A DNA stretch of 63,611 nt, the filler included, from Octopus bimaculoides (lineage: Eukaryota), in NCBI RefSeq assembly GCF_001194135.2. It is 7 parts of 6 records of this genome, joined end to end, with 100 filler letters (N's around TTAATTAATTAA, not from the genome) between each part and the next. Parts side by side here need not be neighbours in the genome. Positions count along the whole stretch, not along the records: positions 33,558 to 47,744 come from NC_068985.1; positions 47,845 to 52,017 come from NC_068986.1; 5 more parts are not named here. The stretch is one strand, 5' to 3'. This document shows positions 37,160 to 51,488 of this stretch, in pieces. A program made the translations under genes and the position numbers. Below the pieces are notes generated by a model. That model saw nothing but the letters and a program-made list of their open reading frames with translations, did no database searches and was not told the origin of the DNA. The stretch's first letter is position 1, and every line of letters starts with the position of its first letter.

Positions 37160-37385
37160 TAATGATCGTGCGATTGCACCTAGAAAGTTGCCCTCCGAGG
37201 CACAATCTCGAGCAAAGTTGTATATGGAAATCCAGCATTTACTTATGCATAGCGGCCACCCTCTCCTCACCGCTAATGTTTATCCAAGGGAAACGCAAAG
37301 GAATACAGTTTGGTACGAATGACGTCGCAACTCATTTCCAGAACCGTATAGATTTGAGCAACGTCAAATAGTGTCTTTCAGTGAT
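37160..37385 (-). mobile_element. SINE family C variant, 3' part
   Basis: GATTGCACCTAGAAAGTT...TCCAAGGGAAA...GACGTCGCAACTCATTTC shared with 59478-59885. Confidence 0.75.
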
Positions 37386-37407
37386 CATAATGATGTTAAA
37401 ATATCAC

Positions 37408-37535
37408 TTTTAAATTTTGACAAAAAGCCAGCAATTTCGGGAGAGGGAGCAATTCGATTATTTCGGTCCCGGTATTTAACTCGTATTGACCCAGAAAGGA
37501 TGAAAGGGCAAAGTGACCGCAGCGGTATTTGAATT
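37408..37535 (-). mobile_element. SINE family B fragment
   Basis: AAATTTTG...CCAGCAATTTCGGG...GAAAGGATGAAAGGGCAAAG...GGTATTTGAA. Confidence 0.55.
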
Positions 37536-37743
37536 ATGTTAAGATATTAAACAACATTTCTACCGATTTTTCGTGTGGGAATAGTAAGAGATTTATTTTC
37601 TCGAATCTGTTATGGGTTCAACTTAAACTATTGTTAATGTTATTGTTTTTATTGTTATTGTTGTTATAATTTGGCATTCATAATTCATAGCATTAAGTAT
37701 TTCTGTAGTTTATGATGTATTTGAATCTCTTAAAGGCATTAAT

Positions 37744-37772
37744 GTTGATGTTATTGTTGTTGTTGTTGATGG

Positions 37773-37861
<89 letters not shown>
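37744..37861. repeat. (GTT)n-(GAT)n microsatellite
   Basis: Read directly; it explains the poly-Met ORF 37712-38002. Confidence 0.95.
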
Positions 37862-39126
37862 CAGCTGTTGTATTTTGGACAGTGGCTCTTGTCTTGCTTT
37901 TATGTTGGGGCTATTAATGCATCTGCAGGTTTAAAATGTCCTTTGTTGAATGAGATTCTGCAAGAAGTTCTTCAAAGATGGCAAACACTAGTTCTTGAAT
38001 GAGTTAACATAGCCCTCATTGTAAAATTAACGCAGGACCTAAAACGCCAGATGAGATAAAAAAGGAAAAAACAAAACACTCCTTACAATGTGAGTCGGTT
38101 GATGTTCCTTGTTGGTGTCCTCGTTTCAATACTTATGTATGCTGAAGATGTTGCTTACCAACCCTTGTTGTTTAATTATCAACAATCTTTTGACATCATA
38201 AATTTAGTCTAGCAGAAATTCAGCATGGAATTTTCAGAAAACATAAGCGTAGAAAATATGACATGGCCCAGGCTGGCTTATTTCCTCGAAGCTCTGTGCA
38301 GTGCTGTAACTTAATGTTTGAAAGACATTAATTCCTCTTGAAATCTAATCGACAGATACTGATTCTAGTATTTACTGCAACAAGCATATATGTTTTCACC
38401 GTCATTTGTTTATTATATTTTATTTTTATTTCATTCATTGCGCATGGTCGAGCGAAATCCGATGATTGCATCCTAAAGGCATAGCGACAGTGATTAGAGA
38501 CTTTACACTGCATCAGTATCAGATTTTATCTCGGTAAAGAAAATCAATATAATTCTAGTTCAGTGTAAATACTGTTGAAAATCATCAATTAAGGACAAAA
38601 ATAAACACTAAAAAATATAGCTCTTATAGTGATTACTTTTTTTTTATTCAGCTTAAGGGGGAAATAATACTAGGGATGCAAAAATATTCCTTACACAGTT
38701 AATGTGAATGCGTAAAAGCTTGTATTTCAATAAAAGTAAAGAAGCCTCTTTGTTTCTTTCGTTTTGCTCAAAGACTTCGTATTACTTCTGATAGTATGGT
38801 TTACACAGGTAAACAATATTCTTGTTAGTTGTTTTCTCAGATATGTTGAAAATAAACGAGGTAACGGGGTGATTTCAGAATTTCTATGAACATTAAACAA
38901 AATATTTGAATGTGAGGGAAAATGTGTGGAGTGAAGTGTTTGATTTTATTAAATGAATAATTATTCATAATAATATATCTAGTTGTCAATAATATATTGT
39001 ATGTGAATATGATTGCACTAGGTCTACATTATTTTCCTGCCACAGGCAAACACATACGCACCCGCACAAGCACGCACGCACACATATTCAAGTAAATAAT
39101 TCGTGTATATATGTATGTGATTATAA

Positions 39127-39160
<34 letters not shown>

Positions 39161-39165
39161 GTGCA

Positions 39166-39266
<101 letters not shown>

Positions 39267-39347
39267 AGTAAATGTAAGAACAAGCAAGTTAGACAAGTCG
39301 ATATGCAAAAAACATTAATACATTTAATATTTAAGATTTTTTGTATA

Positions 39348-39778
39348 AAGCGGTAAGCTTGCAGAAACGTTAGCATGCCGGACGAAATTCTTAACGGTAC
39401 TTCGTCTGCCACTACGTTCTGAGTTCAAATTCCACCGGAGTCGACTTTTCTTTTCATCCTTTCGGAATCGATAAATTGAGTACCAGTTACGCACTGGGGT
39501 CGATGTAATCGTCTTAATCCCTTTGTCTGTTCTTTTTTTGTCCCCTCTATGTTTAGCCCCTTGTGGGCAATAAAGAAATACGAAAAGGTTAGCATGCCGG
39601 GCGAAATGCTTAGCAGTATTTCGACTGTCTTTACGTTCTGAGTTCAAATTCCGCCGAAGTCAACTTTGCCTTTCGGGGTCGATAAATCAAGTACCAGTTG
39701 CGTACTGGGGTCGATCTAATCGACTGACCCCCACCCGAAAAATTTCGAGCTTTGTGCCTAGAGTAGAAAAGAATATTT
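39348..39778 (+). mobile_element. Two tandem SINE family B copies (39348-39580 and 39583-39778)
   Basis: Each has GTTAGCATGCCGG...ACGTTCTGAGTTCAAATTCC...GTACCAGTT...CTGGGGTCGAT; they carry different 3' tails. Confidence 0.9.
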
Positions 39779-39909
39779 TTTGTATATCGACTTGTCTAAC
39801 GTGCTTGTCCATACAGTTACTTCTCTACTTGCTCAAGTTCAAATCTCTTGAGCAATACGAAGTATTTTCTATATGGAGAATAACCGTCTCTAGTCTATAT
39901 ATAACTATG

Positions 39910-40310
39910 TATTCTTTTACTTCTTTCAGTCGTTTCACTGCGGCCATGCTGGAGCATCCCATTTAGTCGAAGAAATCGGCCCCAGGACTTAATTTTTGTA
40001 AGCCTAGTACTTATTCTATTGGTCTCTTATGTCGAACCACTAAGCTACGGGGACGTAAACACACCAATATCGGTTGTAAAGCGATGATGGGGAGGGACAA
40101 ACACAGACACAAAGACAAACATAAATATATACATAGACATATATACGACGGGCTTCTTTCAGTTTCCGTCTACCAAATCCACTCATAAGGCTTTGGTCGG
40201 CCCGAGACTATAGTAGAAGACACTGGCCCAAGGTGCCATGCAGTGAGACTGAACCCAGAACCATGTGGTTGAGAAGCAATCTTCTTACCACACAGCCACT
40301 CCTACGCCTA
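39910..40310 (-). mobile_element. Near full-length SINE family A
   Basis: Minus strand: GGCGTAGGAGTGGCTGTGTGGTAAGAAG...GGTTCAGTCTCACTGC head, internal TA/TG tract, tail GCTCCAGCATGGCCGCAGT...AAAAGAATA. Confidence 0.92.
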
Positions 40311-40342
40311 GGGCATAATCCCTGAAATTTCTGAATATATCC

Positions 40343-40472
<130 letters not shown>

Positions 40473-41392
40473 TTATTTATAATCAGTCCCTAACGGGTTA
40501 TGCTGAAGTAATTCTCGTTAACAATCCAACCAAACGCAAAACACAGAGTACACAGTCGACTATTGGTAGAATATATATTTCAGTCAACTCTACTCAACAT
40601 ATTGAGCTCTCTATTAAGTAAAACTTCAAATCTTCTGAGTATATTTTGATATACTTGCAAACTCTTGACAGTATATTTGAATGTGCATATGTGTGTGTGT
40701 GTGTGTGTGAGTCCTTGGGCGAGGGTGTCGAACTATGTAGTTCCATGCACGTAACGGATATATTCAGAAACTTCATGGATTATGCCTTAGATGATGGGAG
40801 TGCACTATCTTCAATGTATGAATATATTATATATAAAGACTCAGGTTATGTACTTTTGTATATCTATCTCTTTACTAAAGTATTGAACTAAACAGATATT
40901 TTTGTGCCCGAAAATACACATGCGCTACACACGCACGCAAGCAAGCGATATCTCACAATCACATACATGCACAAAGACATACATACATACACACACAATT
41001 AGAAAGAGAGATAACGACAGAGAGAGAGTGAACACAGTAAACGTAACTGGTTTTTGTACTTAATAAAATATTAACGTATTCCATTTTGAGGTGTTCCATT
41101 ATGCGAGGATTAGTGTGGCAAAAATACAAAACGAAGCTTTGACGGACTTGCTTTCTCCACAGCAACGTAGTCCTTATTCACACTTTTTCATGCTCTCAAT
41201 TTTTTCTCCCCATATTCAAGTGTTCTATGTCAACCCAACAACATTTTTATCATAATGCCGACTAAGAGCCTAGGTTGCGTTCCGTTGCGTATTGAGATAT
41301 TAGGCTCGTATAATCAATGGACAAATGTTCTATGATACTTTTCTTTACTAGTCGCAGACGCTGCAGTGGAGTTATCAAGGTTCCAATACTTC

Positions 41393-41579
41393 ATATTAGT
41401 TTCAAATTTTGGCACAAGGTCAGAAATTTCAGGGGTGGGCTAAGTCGATTACGTTCATCTCACTGCTCAAGTGGATGAACCGCAAAATGGACCCTGGAGG
41501 AATTTAAATTCAGAACATGAAAACGGACGAAATGCCGCAATTTGCACGGGTGCTAACGGTTCAGTTAGCTCACCGCCTT
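41393..41579 (-). mobile_element. SINE family B
   Basis: TTTCAAATTTTGGCACAAGG...AATTTAAATTCAGAAC...GACGAAATGCCGC...GCTAACG...GCTCACCGCC. Confidence 0.8.
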
Positions 41580-41631
41580 GACCAGCCTGTCATATTAAAA
41601 CTCCATTTACACAGACATACGAGGGATATCT

Positions 41632-41693
<62 letters not shown>

Positions 41694-41717
41694 GTATATT
41701 TATATTTATATACACAC

Positions 41718-41753
<36 letters not shown>

Positions 41754-42791
41754 TGAGAGAGAGAAAGAAACAAAGAGAAATATAAAGGATGCTCACGTAT
41801 ATGTAAACTAGTTTCTTTTATTAGTGTGTGTGTATTTGCGTGTTCGTATATATGGATATATACCAAATCGGTCGTTAAGTTAAATAACTTCATGTTTGAG
41901 TTGTACACGTGAACCGGTCACATGAGTGACTAAAGCGTGCACTTATGCAGGAAAAATCAACTACAGGCAATGGGACGTACACAGTGAATATATTAGATTG
42001 ACACTCAGTGAAAGCTTTGAGTAGAAAATTTGAAGTGACGTTTCGAATATGGCTCTTCGTCAGAAAAAGAGAAAAATCAGAGAAGAGGAAATAGTGGAAG
42101 GAATAGTGTACGAGAAAAACAAGTGTGTCGTTATCTGGCCGAAAAATTACACACACACACACAATAACACAAACATGCACATATACACACACATAATATA
42201 TATATATATGCGTACTTATGTGTATGTGAATATATACATATATACACAGACACACACAGACACACACACACATATAAGTACATATATGTGTGAGTATGTC
42301 TGTGTGTGTTTGTGTGTATACTTATGTATAAAGGCGACATATTTATATGCCTACGTGTATCTTGTAACAATATGTATATGTACGTTTTTTTTATGTAACT
42401 TCTGTAAATGCATAAATGTTTTGTGTGTGTGTTTATACGTGACGGGAGATTGGAGGTGTTGTCGAATGCACTTTTGTGAACATAGGAGCTGCTTTTCATA
42501 AGTTACAAAAATATAATATACCCAATTCCATATCCTAGTGTATAATATTCGAATTTTCCTAAACAATTATTGAATTAATTAATTTTGAAGTGAATGCTTA
42601 ACGCAATATTTTTTGTTTGTTTCTTTCCTTCTTTCTTTTTGTCTTTATTTCTTCTGCACTTAGATGGATCACACAGTTCACATACACGGGCATTGTGACA
42701 TGTGCACATATTATTAATAACATCTATAGTAAAAATACTAAATTACAAAGACTCATATACAAACGTAGAAGCAAACACACACACACACACG

Positions 42792-42884
<93 letters not shown>

Positions 42885-44601
42885 CCGTTATAAATAGTTA
42901 TTAAAGTTCAGCAACTAAAAATATATAACCCGCNNNNNNNNNNNNNNNNNNNNNNNNNNNNNNNNNNNNNNNNNNNNNNNNNNNNNNNNNNNNNNNNNNN
43001 NNNNNNNNNNNNNNNNNNNNNNNNNNNNNNNNNNNNNNNNNNNNNNNNNNNNNNNNNNNNNNNNNNNNNNNNNNNNNNNNNNNNNNNNNNNNNNNNNNNN
43101 NNNNNNNNNNNNNNNNNNNNNNNNNNNNNNNNNNNNNNNNNNNNNNNNNNNNNNNNNNNNNNNNNNNNNNNNNNNNNNNNNNNNNNNNNNNNNNNNNNNN
43201 NNNNNNNNNNNNNNNNNNNNNNNNNNNNNNNNNNNNNNNNNNNNNNNNNNNNNNNNNNNNNNNNNNNNNNNNNNNNNNNNNNNNNNNNNNNNNNNNNNNN
43301 NNNNNNNNNNNNNNNNNNNNNNNNNNNNNNNNNNNNNNNNNNNNNNNNNNNNNNNNNNNNNNNNNNNNNNNNNNNNNNNNNNNNNNNNNNNNNNNNNNNN
43401 NNNNNNNNNNNNNNNNNNNNNNNNNNNNNNNNNNNNNNNNNNNNNNNNNNNNNNNNNNNNNNNNNNNNNNNNNNNNNNNNNNNNNNNNNNNNNNNNNNNN
43501 NNNNNNNNNNNNNNNNNNNNNNNNNNNNNNNNNNNNNNNNNNNNNNNNNNNNNNNNNNNNNNNNNNNNNNNNNNNNNNNNNNNNNNNNNNNNNNNNNNNN
43601 NNNNNNNNNNNNNNNNNNNNNNNNNNNNNNNNNNNNNNNNNNNNNNNNNNNNNNNNNNNNNNNNNNNNNNNNNNNNNNNNNNNNNNNNNNNNNNNNNNNN
43701 NNNNNNNNNNNNNNNNNNNNNNNNNNNNNNNNNNNNNNNNNNNNNNNNNNNNNNNNNNNNNNNNNNATATATGGTTTGAAGATATGGAAAAGAAACGGTC
43801 GCAGCACAAACAAGAGATGTAAGAAAGGAGTTATGCATGTAGTGTATTGCAATGTCTCCTCAGCCACATTAAAGTAGAGGATGTACAGTCATTGAGGGAT
43901 TCCCTCTGGGGAACATGGTCTTGTGATCAAGATTTTATATGTTGGGCGATTGGTTGTAACACCTTTATTTTGCTTTATACAATAATAGAGAAGTCAAATT
44001 AGTTAAACAACTATTCCAAATTCAACCATCTCCTTGACAGGTGTATAAAATTTGTTTGTGCTTGCGCGCGCGCGCGCGCGTGCGCGCTTCAATATGTATG
44101 TATACAACATTGATGTGTATTCATCTAGTGCAGAAAAAGTGTCCGAAGCTTTTTATTGCATTTCAGATGACCGATCTCCCGACCACAATACAGAGTACAG
44201 AGCGTCTTCCTAATAGCGCCACTTACATATGTCTTAACTTATAATAATTACATCACATGTAATATAATGTTTCAGATAATTTTTCTGTCCCTTACTCCAC
44301 AGTTAAAGCTCTGTCCTATAACTATCAAAGTTTAAAACGGGAATTATCCACAAATGCAAGGAGTGTTTAAAATTAAGAACGGTGGTCTAAATATAATGAT
44401 ATAGGACAATTATAAGCCCTAGTCTAGGACAAACTCGTGTCTCCAGCTTTGACTGCGCAACAGATATTAGACCACATACAAACGATAGTAGATGCACTGT
44501 AATGTAAAACATTGATGGCCTAAAAATTATTCCAATTAATTTTATACTAAGGAGGTTATGAATTTACTATTCTCTTTGAGTGCAAATTCTCCGTATGTAC
44601 T

Positions 44602-44674
<73 letters not shown>

Positions 44675-44764
44675 NNNNNNNNNNNNNNNNNNNNNNNNNN
44701 NNNNNNNNNNNNNNNNNNNNNNNNNNNNNGCATATATATAGATGTGTGTGTGTGCGTGTGCGTG

Positions 44765-44796
<32 letters not shown>

Positions 44797-45499
44797 CATA
44801 CATACATACATACATACATACATGCATGCATATATACCTACATTGTAGGTAAATATATGTGTCTGTGTGTATCTATATATGTGTGTATATATACATACAT
44901 ATGTGTGTGTGTTGTGTATGTGTGTGTGTATGTATGTAAATATCTTGAGTAGTGATAACCCTAAACATATGTTTTCAATAACGCGAATGTAAATTTCTTA
45001 GACATACTTCATAAATTTGCTCGTCGACTTGTACTGAAGTATGAACCATTAAGCTGGTGCATTTGTTGGTAGACGAAGATAACCGGTAGACAGCTTTAAC
45101 AAGTTTGAAATGCTCTTTAATAATCCAAGAATTTCCATTTATAAATAAGTATCTGATATATGACTAGATAAATTTATAAGATTAGCAATCAGCTTTCACT
45201 TCATTAGTCTTAATAATACATTAATATAGAAAAAAAAAAATATTCATCTGACATTTATCTGCGAGGCTATTAACTTAATTATCATTTTATACTAGAGACA
45301 AGAGTATTGCTATTAAAAGCTATGGTTTAATACCGTGTCCTTTGGATTAAGCTGGATTAATTTCAAGTGGAAGAATAAACAGGTCAGACTTTCAAGATGT
45401 TACATTAGAGAACGTTTGACATTTGCCAAGTATCAAAATTTACGAATGCGCATATGTGTTAACGTACCAGAAATTCTTTATGCGTGCGTCCAAAATTAG

Positions 45500-45710
45500 A
45501 TGGAAGTATTTGTATGTGCAGCCAAATTCCTTAAAATTAAAGGGCATTGATTTCGGCAAAGGGAAGATCACATTAGATAATGTAGAGATCGAAACACCTA
45601 AAATATCGGTTTGTTTCAGCTGGAAATTTTAATCATATGTCCGTCGACGATGACTGCAGCAACAACTGCAACATGAAGGAAGTCATGTTAGGGATTAGAT
45701 TATGCTTCAT
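45500..45710 (+). mobile_element. Possible decayed RTE-like RT fragment
   Basis: KITLDNVEIE followed in shifted frames by a segment like SNNCNMKEVMLGIRL (cf. IExVxxFxYLGS...EIxxRI). Weak. Confidence 0.3.
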
Positions 45711-45736
45711 ATTTTATATTTTATGTTTTATCTTGT

Positions 45737-46098
45737 GCTTGTTTCATTCATTGGACTGCGGCCTTGCAGGGTATTCTGCTTACAGGTCTTAGTCGAACGA
45801 ATCGACCCGAATGTGTATTTCTGAAGCCTGGTACTTATTCTACTTGGCTATTATGGCGAACCGCCAGACACTGGCACGTAAACAAACCAGCAACGGTTGT
45901 CAATGGCAAAGAGGAAGAACTGCACGCACACACTTAGATATATGTAAAAATATGATGGACTCCTTTCAGCTTCTCTATCCCAGATCCACACACAGGGTAT
46001 TGGTCGTTCCGAATCTATAATACAAATCACTAGCTGCATTTGCCACACGGTGACACTGAACTGGGAAACATGAGGCTAAGAAGCAAGCTGCTCACCAA
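45737..46098 (-). mobile_element. SINE family A (decayed, interrupted)
   Basis: Tail GACTGCGGCC...TTAGTCGAACGAATCGACCC...CCTGGTACTTATTCTA and a head remnant at 46040-46098. Confidence 0.6.
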
Positions 46099-46489
46099 TA
46101 TTTTAATTTCAGTACATTTCTGAATTCAGTTACAGCAGCATGTCTGAGAATTTTGTTTTGCATGCCAAGTGGTGTTAGATTTTATATCACTATGAGAATC
46201 CATGGGAGCGTGCATTATCTCAGAGTTTTGCGTTCATTATAGCTTCATAAATGAAATTTAATACACACATTACTGTTAAGGTATCGGTGATTCAATACAT
46301 TTTCCAGTTTGCAACCAGCATGCACAACTACCAAAAGTAATATTTATTATAAGTAGGAATAGCGTATTACGCAATATTGAGAAAAACCGAGTATTTATAT
46401 ATATGATTTATGATCGATTTTTTGCTAAGGTATATTAAAACTATTTAGTAGTTAAACCGAGTATTGATATCTAAAGATAACTAAACAAA

Positions 46490-47345
46490 TATGAATTATA
46501 ATATAATTTAATTTACTCTAGAGTTGACAAATTCTATCTGGTTGATGGTAAGCTTTTGAAGAGCATATAATCTTCCATCCAATCTTCTAACTGATAAGAC
46601 TAGTCAAAGAAATTTTGGTGGGGTTTCTAAAAGAATACTCATGGTTGGCCAATCTAAGTTTCATATATGAGTCCGTAGAACCAACGTAGAGAAAGAGTTT
46701 ACCTTCAGCTTCAAATATAGCTTGGTATACTTAATTCTTCAGGTTGCAATAATTATTTAATTCATAGTGCTCTTTACCCTACAATCACAGAACTTACTAA
46801 GATTAACACTAGAATTAGCAGATGGGTTATGTGCAGTAGACTCCCTTTGATTGCTCATAGAATATCTTGACTTAGGTATAACTGTTATATTATGTGTTTG
46901 TTTATTATTAAGAATATTAAGTTTACGTTTAGCGTAAGAATGATCTGATTTAGCATAATTCATAGAAGATAGGTATTTAAACAAATTACAGGAAGCAGAA
47001 TGACCAATACTAAAATGTCTACTCTGAATCGTGTCACTACATTTGATTTTATTACGAGAGAAGTGTTTGTTTATTATCCAACGTATAACTTTAAGTTTGT
47101 TTTTATTTGCTTAACCAGATAATATTCTCCTTTATTTTATTTTTACCAGAATTGAGATTAACTTTCTTATAGTGGATTTTATATAAGGTATATATTTTTT
47201 GTGTCTTTGTTACATTGTAAATAGTGCTAATGTTGCTATTATTATTGTATGGTCTCATGTTCTTAATGACCTTGTCAGAGGCTAATTTATTATCTATATT
47301 TTCTGATTTTGGTCATAACCTGCTTTTGGTTTGATATATTTAGGG
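46490..47345 (-). mobile_element. Penelope-like element fragment: post-RT linker and GIY-YIG endonuclease (decayed)
   Basis: Minus frames: KAGY...NIIWL...IINKHFSRN...SIGHSASCNLFKYLSSMN...CDCR...VYQA...YVGSTDSYMKLRLANHEYSF...WKIICSSKAY...ICQL, which follows the PLE domain order. Confidence 0.8.
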
Positions 47346-47364
47346 AGTAATATACGTATGTTTA

Positions 47365-47744
47365 TATTATTATTATTATTATTATTATTCAGTAGTTTTA
47401 TTTTTATAACGTGCTTTCACTTCACTACCGAGCGCAGCTCTGTGCGCCTTGGGTATGTGCTGTGGTTTGCTGTGGTGCTCTTATGTTTACTGTATTGAAA
47501 GTGTTTTGCGCAGAATGTGTGCAGTGCGCAGTAGTGCAATTTTCTGTATGTTATATATATTTGTAAGTCCTGGTGTTTTTGTTATGTATTTGTCTGAATA
47601 TTTTTTTATTATACCTAAGGCACCTACTATGATAGGAATTGTTTCTGTTTTTAGATTCCACATTCGAGTTATCTCTATTTCCAGGTCTTTGTATTTTGAA
47701 AGTTTTTCCATTTCTTTTAGAGAAACGTTGTCATCTGCTGGTAT
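47365..47744 (-). mobile_element. R4/Dong-like LINE 3' end (REL endonuclease C-terminus, 3' UTR, (AAT)n)
   Basis: EKLSKYKDLEIEITRMWNLKTETIPIIVGALG...IQKIALLRTAHILRKTLS* contains the KxxKY, IPIIVGALG and TAHILR motifs; the UTR ends in (AAT)n. Confidence 0.88.
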
Positions 47745-47844
47745 NNNNNNNNNNNNNNNNNNNNNNNNNNNNNNNNNNNNNNNNNNNNTTAATTAATTAA
47801 NNNNNNNNNNNNNNNNNNNNNNNNNNNNNNNNNNNNNNNNNNNN
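47745..47844. other. Assembly join marker
   Basis: 44 N + TTAATTAATTAA + 44 N. Confidence 0.92.
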
Positions 47845-48021
47845 AATAATAATAATAATAATAATAATAACGACGACGATGATAATGATGATGGTGATGG
47901 TGATGATGATGATGGTGATGATGATGATGGTGACGACGGCGACGACGACGACGACGACAAGTAAGCAAGCAAGCAAGAAGAAGAAGAAGAAGACGAAGAA
48001 GAAGAAGGTGGTGGTGGTGGT
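47845..48021. repeat. Compound trinucleotide microsatellite (AAT)(GAC)(GAT/GGT)(GAA)(GGT)
   Basis: Read directly. Confidence 0.9.
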
Positions 48022-48587
48022 ATCATATCCCCCATTAGAAACGCTACGATCTCCGGTTTCTTCAATTCTATGAAGTTCTTTAAGGCTGCAGTATCGATGG
48101 TTAGAGAAAGCGTGTCTCCATCAAATATATCAGATAACAAATAAATCAGAAGCATAAGAATATAAGTTGGAGAGGAGAAGAGTGTAGATCTAGTAGACGT
48201 CTCCAGATATATTAATCTCAAAGTTTGCCTAGAAAAACAAGAAAGAGATTACTTTTTAATGATCATTTTAGCTGTGAATTTCTTAAAAATAAAAATAAAA
48301 ATATTTTTTTTTTTTTTTTTTTGTAAGTTTGGTATAAACCGATTTTATGTTGTTAGCACGTGGCCAATTTGTGAATATTTAATTAAATTTTCTTCGGTGT
48401 TTTACTAGGATTTATAGTACGATGCAATTGGGGAGATGACATGAAAATTTTCCAGAGTGAGATTTGAACCTAGAATATGTAGAATTTAAAACTAAATGAT
48501 TGCTACGTCACCACAACATTTTGGAAAATGTACTGGTATATTTTTCTTGTTTCATATGAGTGAGTGTATGTGTGTTTGTGTGTGTGT

Positions 48588-48666
<79 letters not shown>

Positions 48667-48699
48667 GTGTGTGTGTTACAGTATCACAGTACCGATCAG

Positions 48700-49420
48700 A
48701 CCATCAGATGCTGGTCACAGTACACTTCCAATTCTGTCTTGATCGCACAAATTCTTTTCGATCATGACCTAAATTGTTTAACTAAATCTTCTTTCCATAG
48801 TTGTGAGGCCTTTCCAAGAGGCCTCTTCCAATCTCTTGAATACCACTCGGCAACTGCACACGTCCACCTTTTGTCTGTCAACATTGTGACATGCCAGGCC
48901 CAGCGGAACATTCGATATTCTGCTATCACATCCGCAATGTTCTTGGATTATCTCGGTTTCAGTATGCTTTCGTAATGATGTTCACTAACACGGATCTTTC
49001 CATGGCCATTCGTGTCGTAGCCAACCGATATTCTATCTTCTTCGTAATAGCCCACGAGAGTATAAGAGAGTATGTAGGATGGTATATCTTGCATTTTATA
49101 GATTTGTTATGAGCAAAACATTTACTGAGTTAAATACGTTTCATCTTGGCCTCAATCTCTTTGAAATTTCAGCATCCACATCTCGGTGCATATTCAGTGT
49201 GTACCTTAAGTAGACGTAATCCGTTATCCCCTTGATTTCATCGATTCCAACCTCTATTTAGTCTTATGCTACGTCTTCAGACCGCGTATATTTTGTTTTC
49301 ATGCAGTTTATTTTAAGACAGACTACTAGGCTGTGACTGTCTAGCTCTGATAGTATGGTTTGCAGATGGTCGGAGGGTTCAGTGATGAGTATCATATCAC
49401 CTGCGAATAGGAGATGTGTT
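48700..49420 (-). mobile_element. RTE-clade LINE fragment (RT C-terminal half, decayed)
   Basis: HLLFAGDMILI...LKINCMKTK...YVYL, then RWAWHVTMLTDKRWTCAVAEWYSRDWKRPLGK..LWKEDL (cf. LLFADD and RWAGHV...RWT...KRPxGRP). Confidence 0.82.
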
Positions 49421-49432
49421 ATATATACATAC

Positions 49433-49469
<37 letters not shown>

Positions 49470-51420
49470 NNNNNNNNNNNNNNNNNNNNNNNNNNNNNNN
49501 NNNNNNNNNNNNNNNNNNNNNNNNNNNNNNNNNNNNNNNNNNNNNNNNNNNNNNNNNNNNNNNNNNNNNNNNNNNNNNNNNNNNNNNNNNNNNNNNNNNN
49601 NNNNNNNNNNNNNNNNNNNNNNNNNNNNNNNNNNNNNNNNNNNNNNNNNNNNNNNNNNNNNNNNNNNNNNNNNNNNNNNNNNNNNNNNNNNNNNNNNNNN
49701 NNNNNNNNNNNNNNNNNNNNNNNNNNNNNNNNNNNNNNNNNNNNNNNNNNNNNNNNNNNNNNNNNNNNNNNNNNNNNNNNNNNNNNNNNNNNNNNNNNNN
49801 NNNNNNNNNNNNNNNNNNNNNNNNNNNNNNNNNNNNNNNNNNNNNNNNNNNNNNNNNNNNNNNNNNNNNNNNNNNNNNNNNNNNNNNNNNNNNNNNNNNN
49901 NNNNNNNNNNNNNNNNNNNNNNNNNNNNNNNNNNNNNNNNNNNNNNNNNNNNNNNNNNNNNNNNNNNNNNNNNNNNNNNNNNNNNNNNNNNNNNNNNNNN
50001 NNNNNNNNNNNNNNNNNNNNNNNNNNNNNNNNNNNNNNNNNNNNNNNNNNNNNNNNNNNNNNNNNNNNNNNNNNNNNNNNNNNNNNNNNNNNNNNNNNNN
50101 NNNNNNNNNNNNNNNNNNNNNNNNNNNNNNNNNNNNNNNNNNNNNNNNNNNNNNNNNNNNNNNNNNNNNNNNNNNNNNNNNNNNNNNNNNNNNNNNNNNN
50201 NNNNNNNNNNNNNNNNNNNNNNNNNNNNNNNNNNNNNNNNNNNNNNNNNNNNNNNNNNNNNNNNNNNNNNNNNNNNNNNNNNNNNNNNTGTGCGTGTGTG
50301 TTTATATATATATACACATATATATCCACATAAGCATACGTCTGTGCGTGTGTGTTTATATATATATACACTTATATATCACAACCCTACAAATTATTAT
50401 GTGGCCAGTCAAAATAAACAGTGACATCAAAAAGATAAACTGTATGTATGCATGCATCCAGCCATCCATACATATATGCATACTTAAATACGTTCATTCA
50501 TTCATACACACATAGATACATATATAAATACATACATACATACATACATACATACATACATACATACATGATACATTCATACATACATATATGCGTACAT
50601 ACATACATACATACAATGGAAGAAATACAACGGCAGAAATTAGATAAACTTCAAAGAATGCTGCTCTCCTTTTGACCATTGCGCAGAACTTATGATCTAA
50701 TACATTTGAATGAGCGTGTGTAAAAACATAGAAAATACGTAACATAACATACAAACTAGCCATCATCTTCAATTATGAGAAGATTATTTGCCAGACAATT
50801 CAACAGCAACAGTGTTAGCTGACTCTTTCTAATGTCATCTCTTTAATTAACTCATAAGCCACGCCTATCGTACTTTCTCTTCTCCCACGTTTGCATATAC
50901 AAGGCGCCATTTTCTTCGATACATGTATGTATTTCCGCTTTGCTTATACACCACTCAGTTGTTACTCAAACAAATAGTAGAACATCTCTTTACAGCTTTA
51001 GTCTGAATTTTCAACGAAATATTTCATTGCGTATTAGGTATCATTGGTATCAACTTTCTGCTCCAGTGATCCACAAACGTATGACGCTCCAATCCAAACG
51101 CTAGCGCTCCGGCATCGAATTTCTTTTGTAACATCCTATTTGAGAATGAAATACTGAAAACCCATCAAACTCTTGTTACTTATTGATTCATTAATACAAC
51201 TTTAGCAATTCAATTCAATTATTCTACATTGTTTTACTCATGTTTGAATCGTTTCATGCAGTAATCGTTGTTTGCCTCTCTGAAACTATGACAATCAACA
51301 GATGTAGAGAGGCTGTGACTTCAAGGGTTGAAACAGGGAATGATTACGAAGCACAAAAGGAAAGAGAGAGAGGGAGAGAGAGAGGGGAAGAGAGACAGAC
51401 GGATAGAGACAGAGACAGAC

Positions 51421-51421
51421 A

Positions 51422-51488
<67 letters not shown>
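51421..51488. repeat. (GAAA)n microsatellite
   Basis: Read directly. Confidence 0.95.

Noticed and set aside
37929-38210. Exon-like segments with good splice sites on both strands
   Set aside because: Plus-strand frames hit stops, and the minus-strand options give stops or a 46-nt intron. They could be non-coding exons but there is no support.
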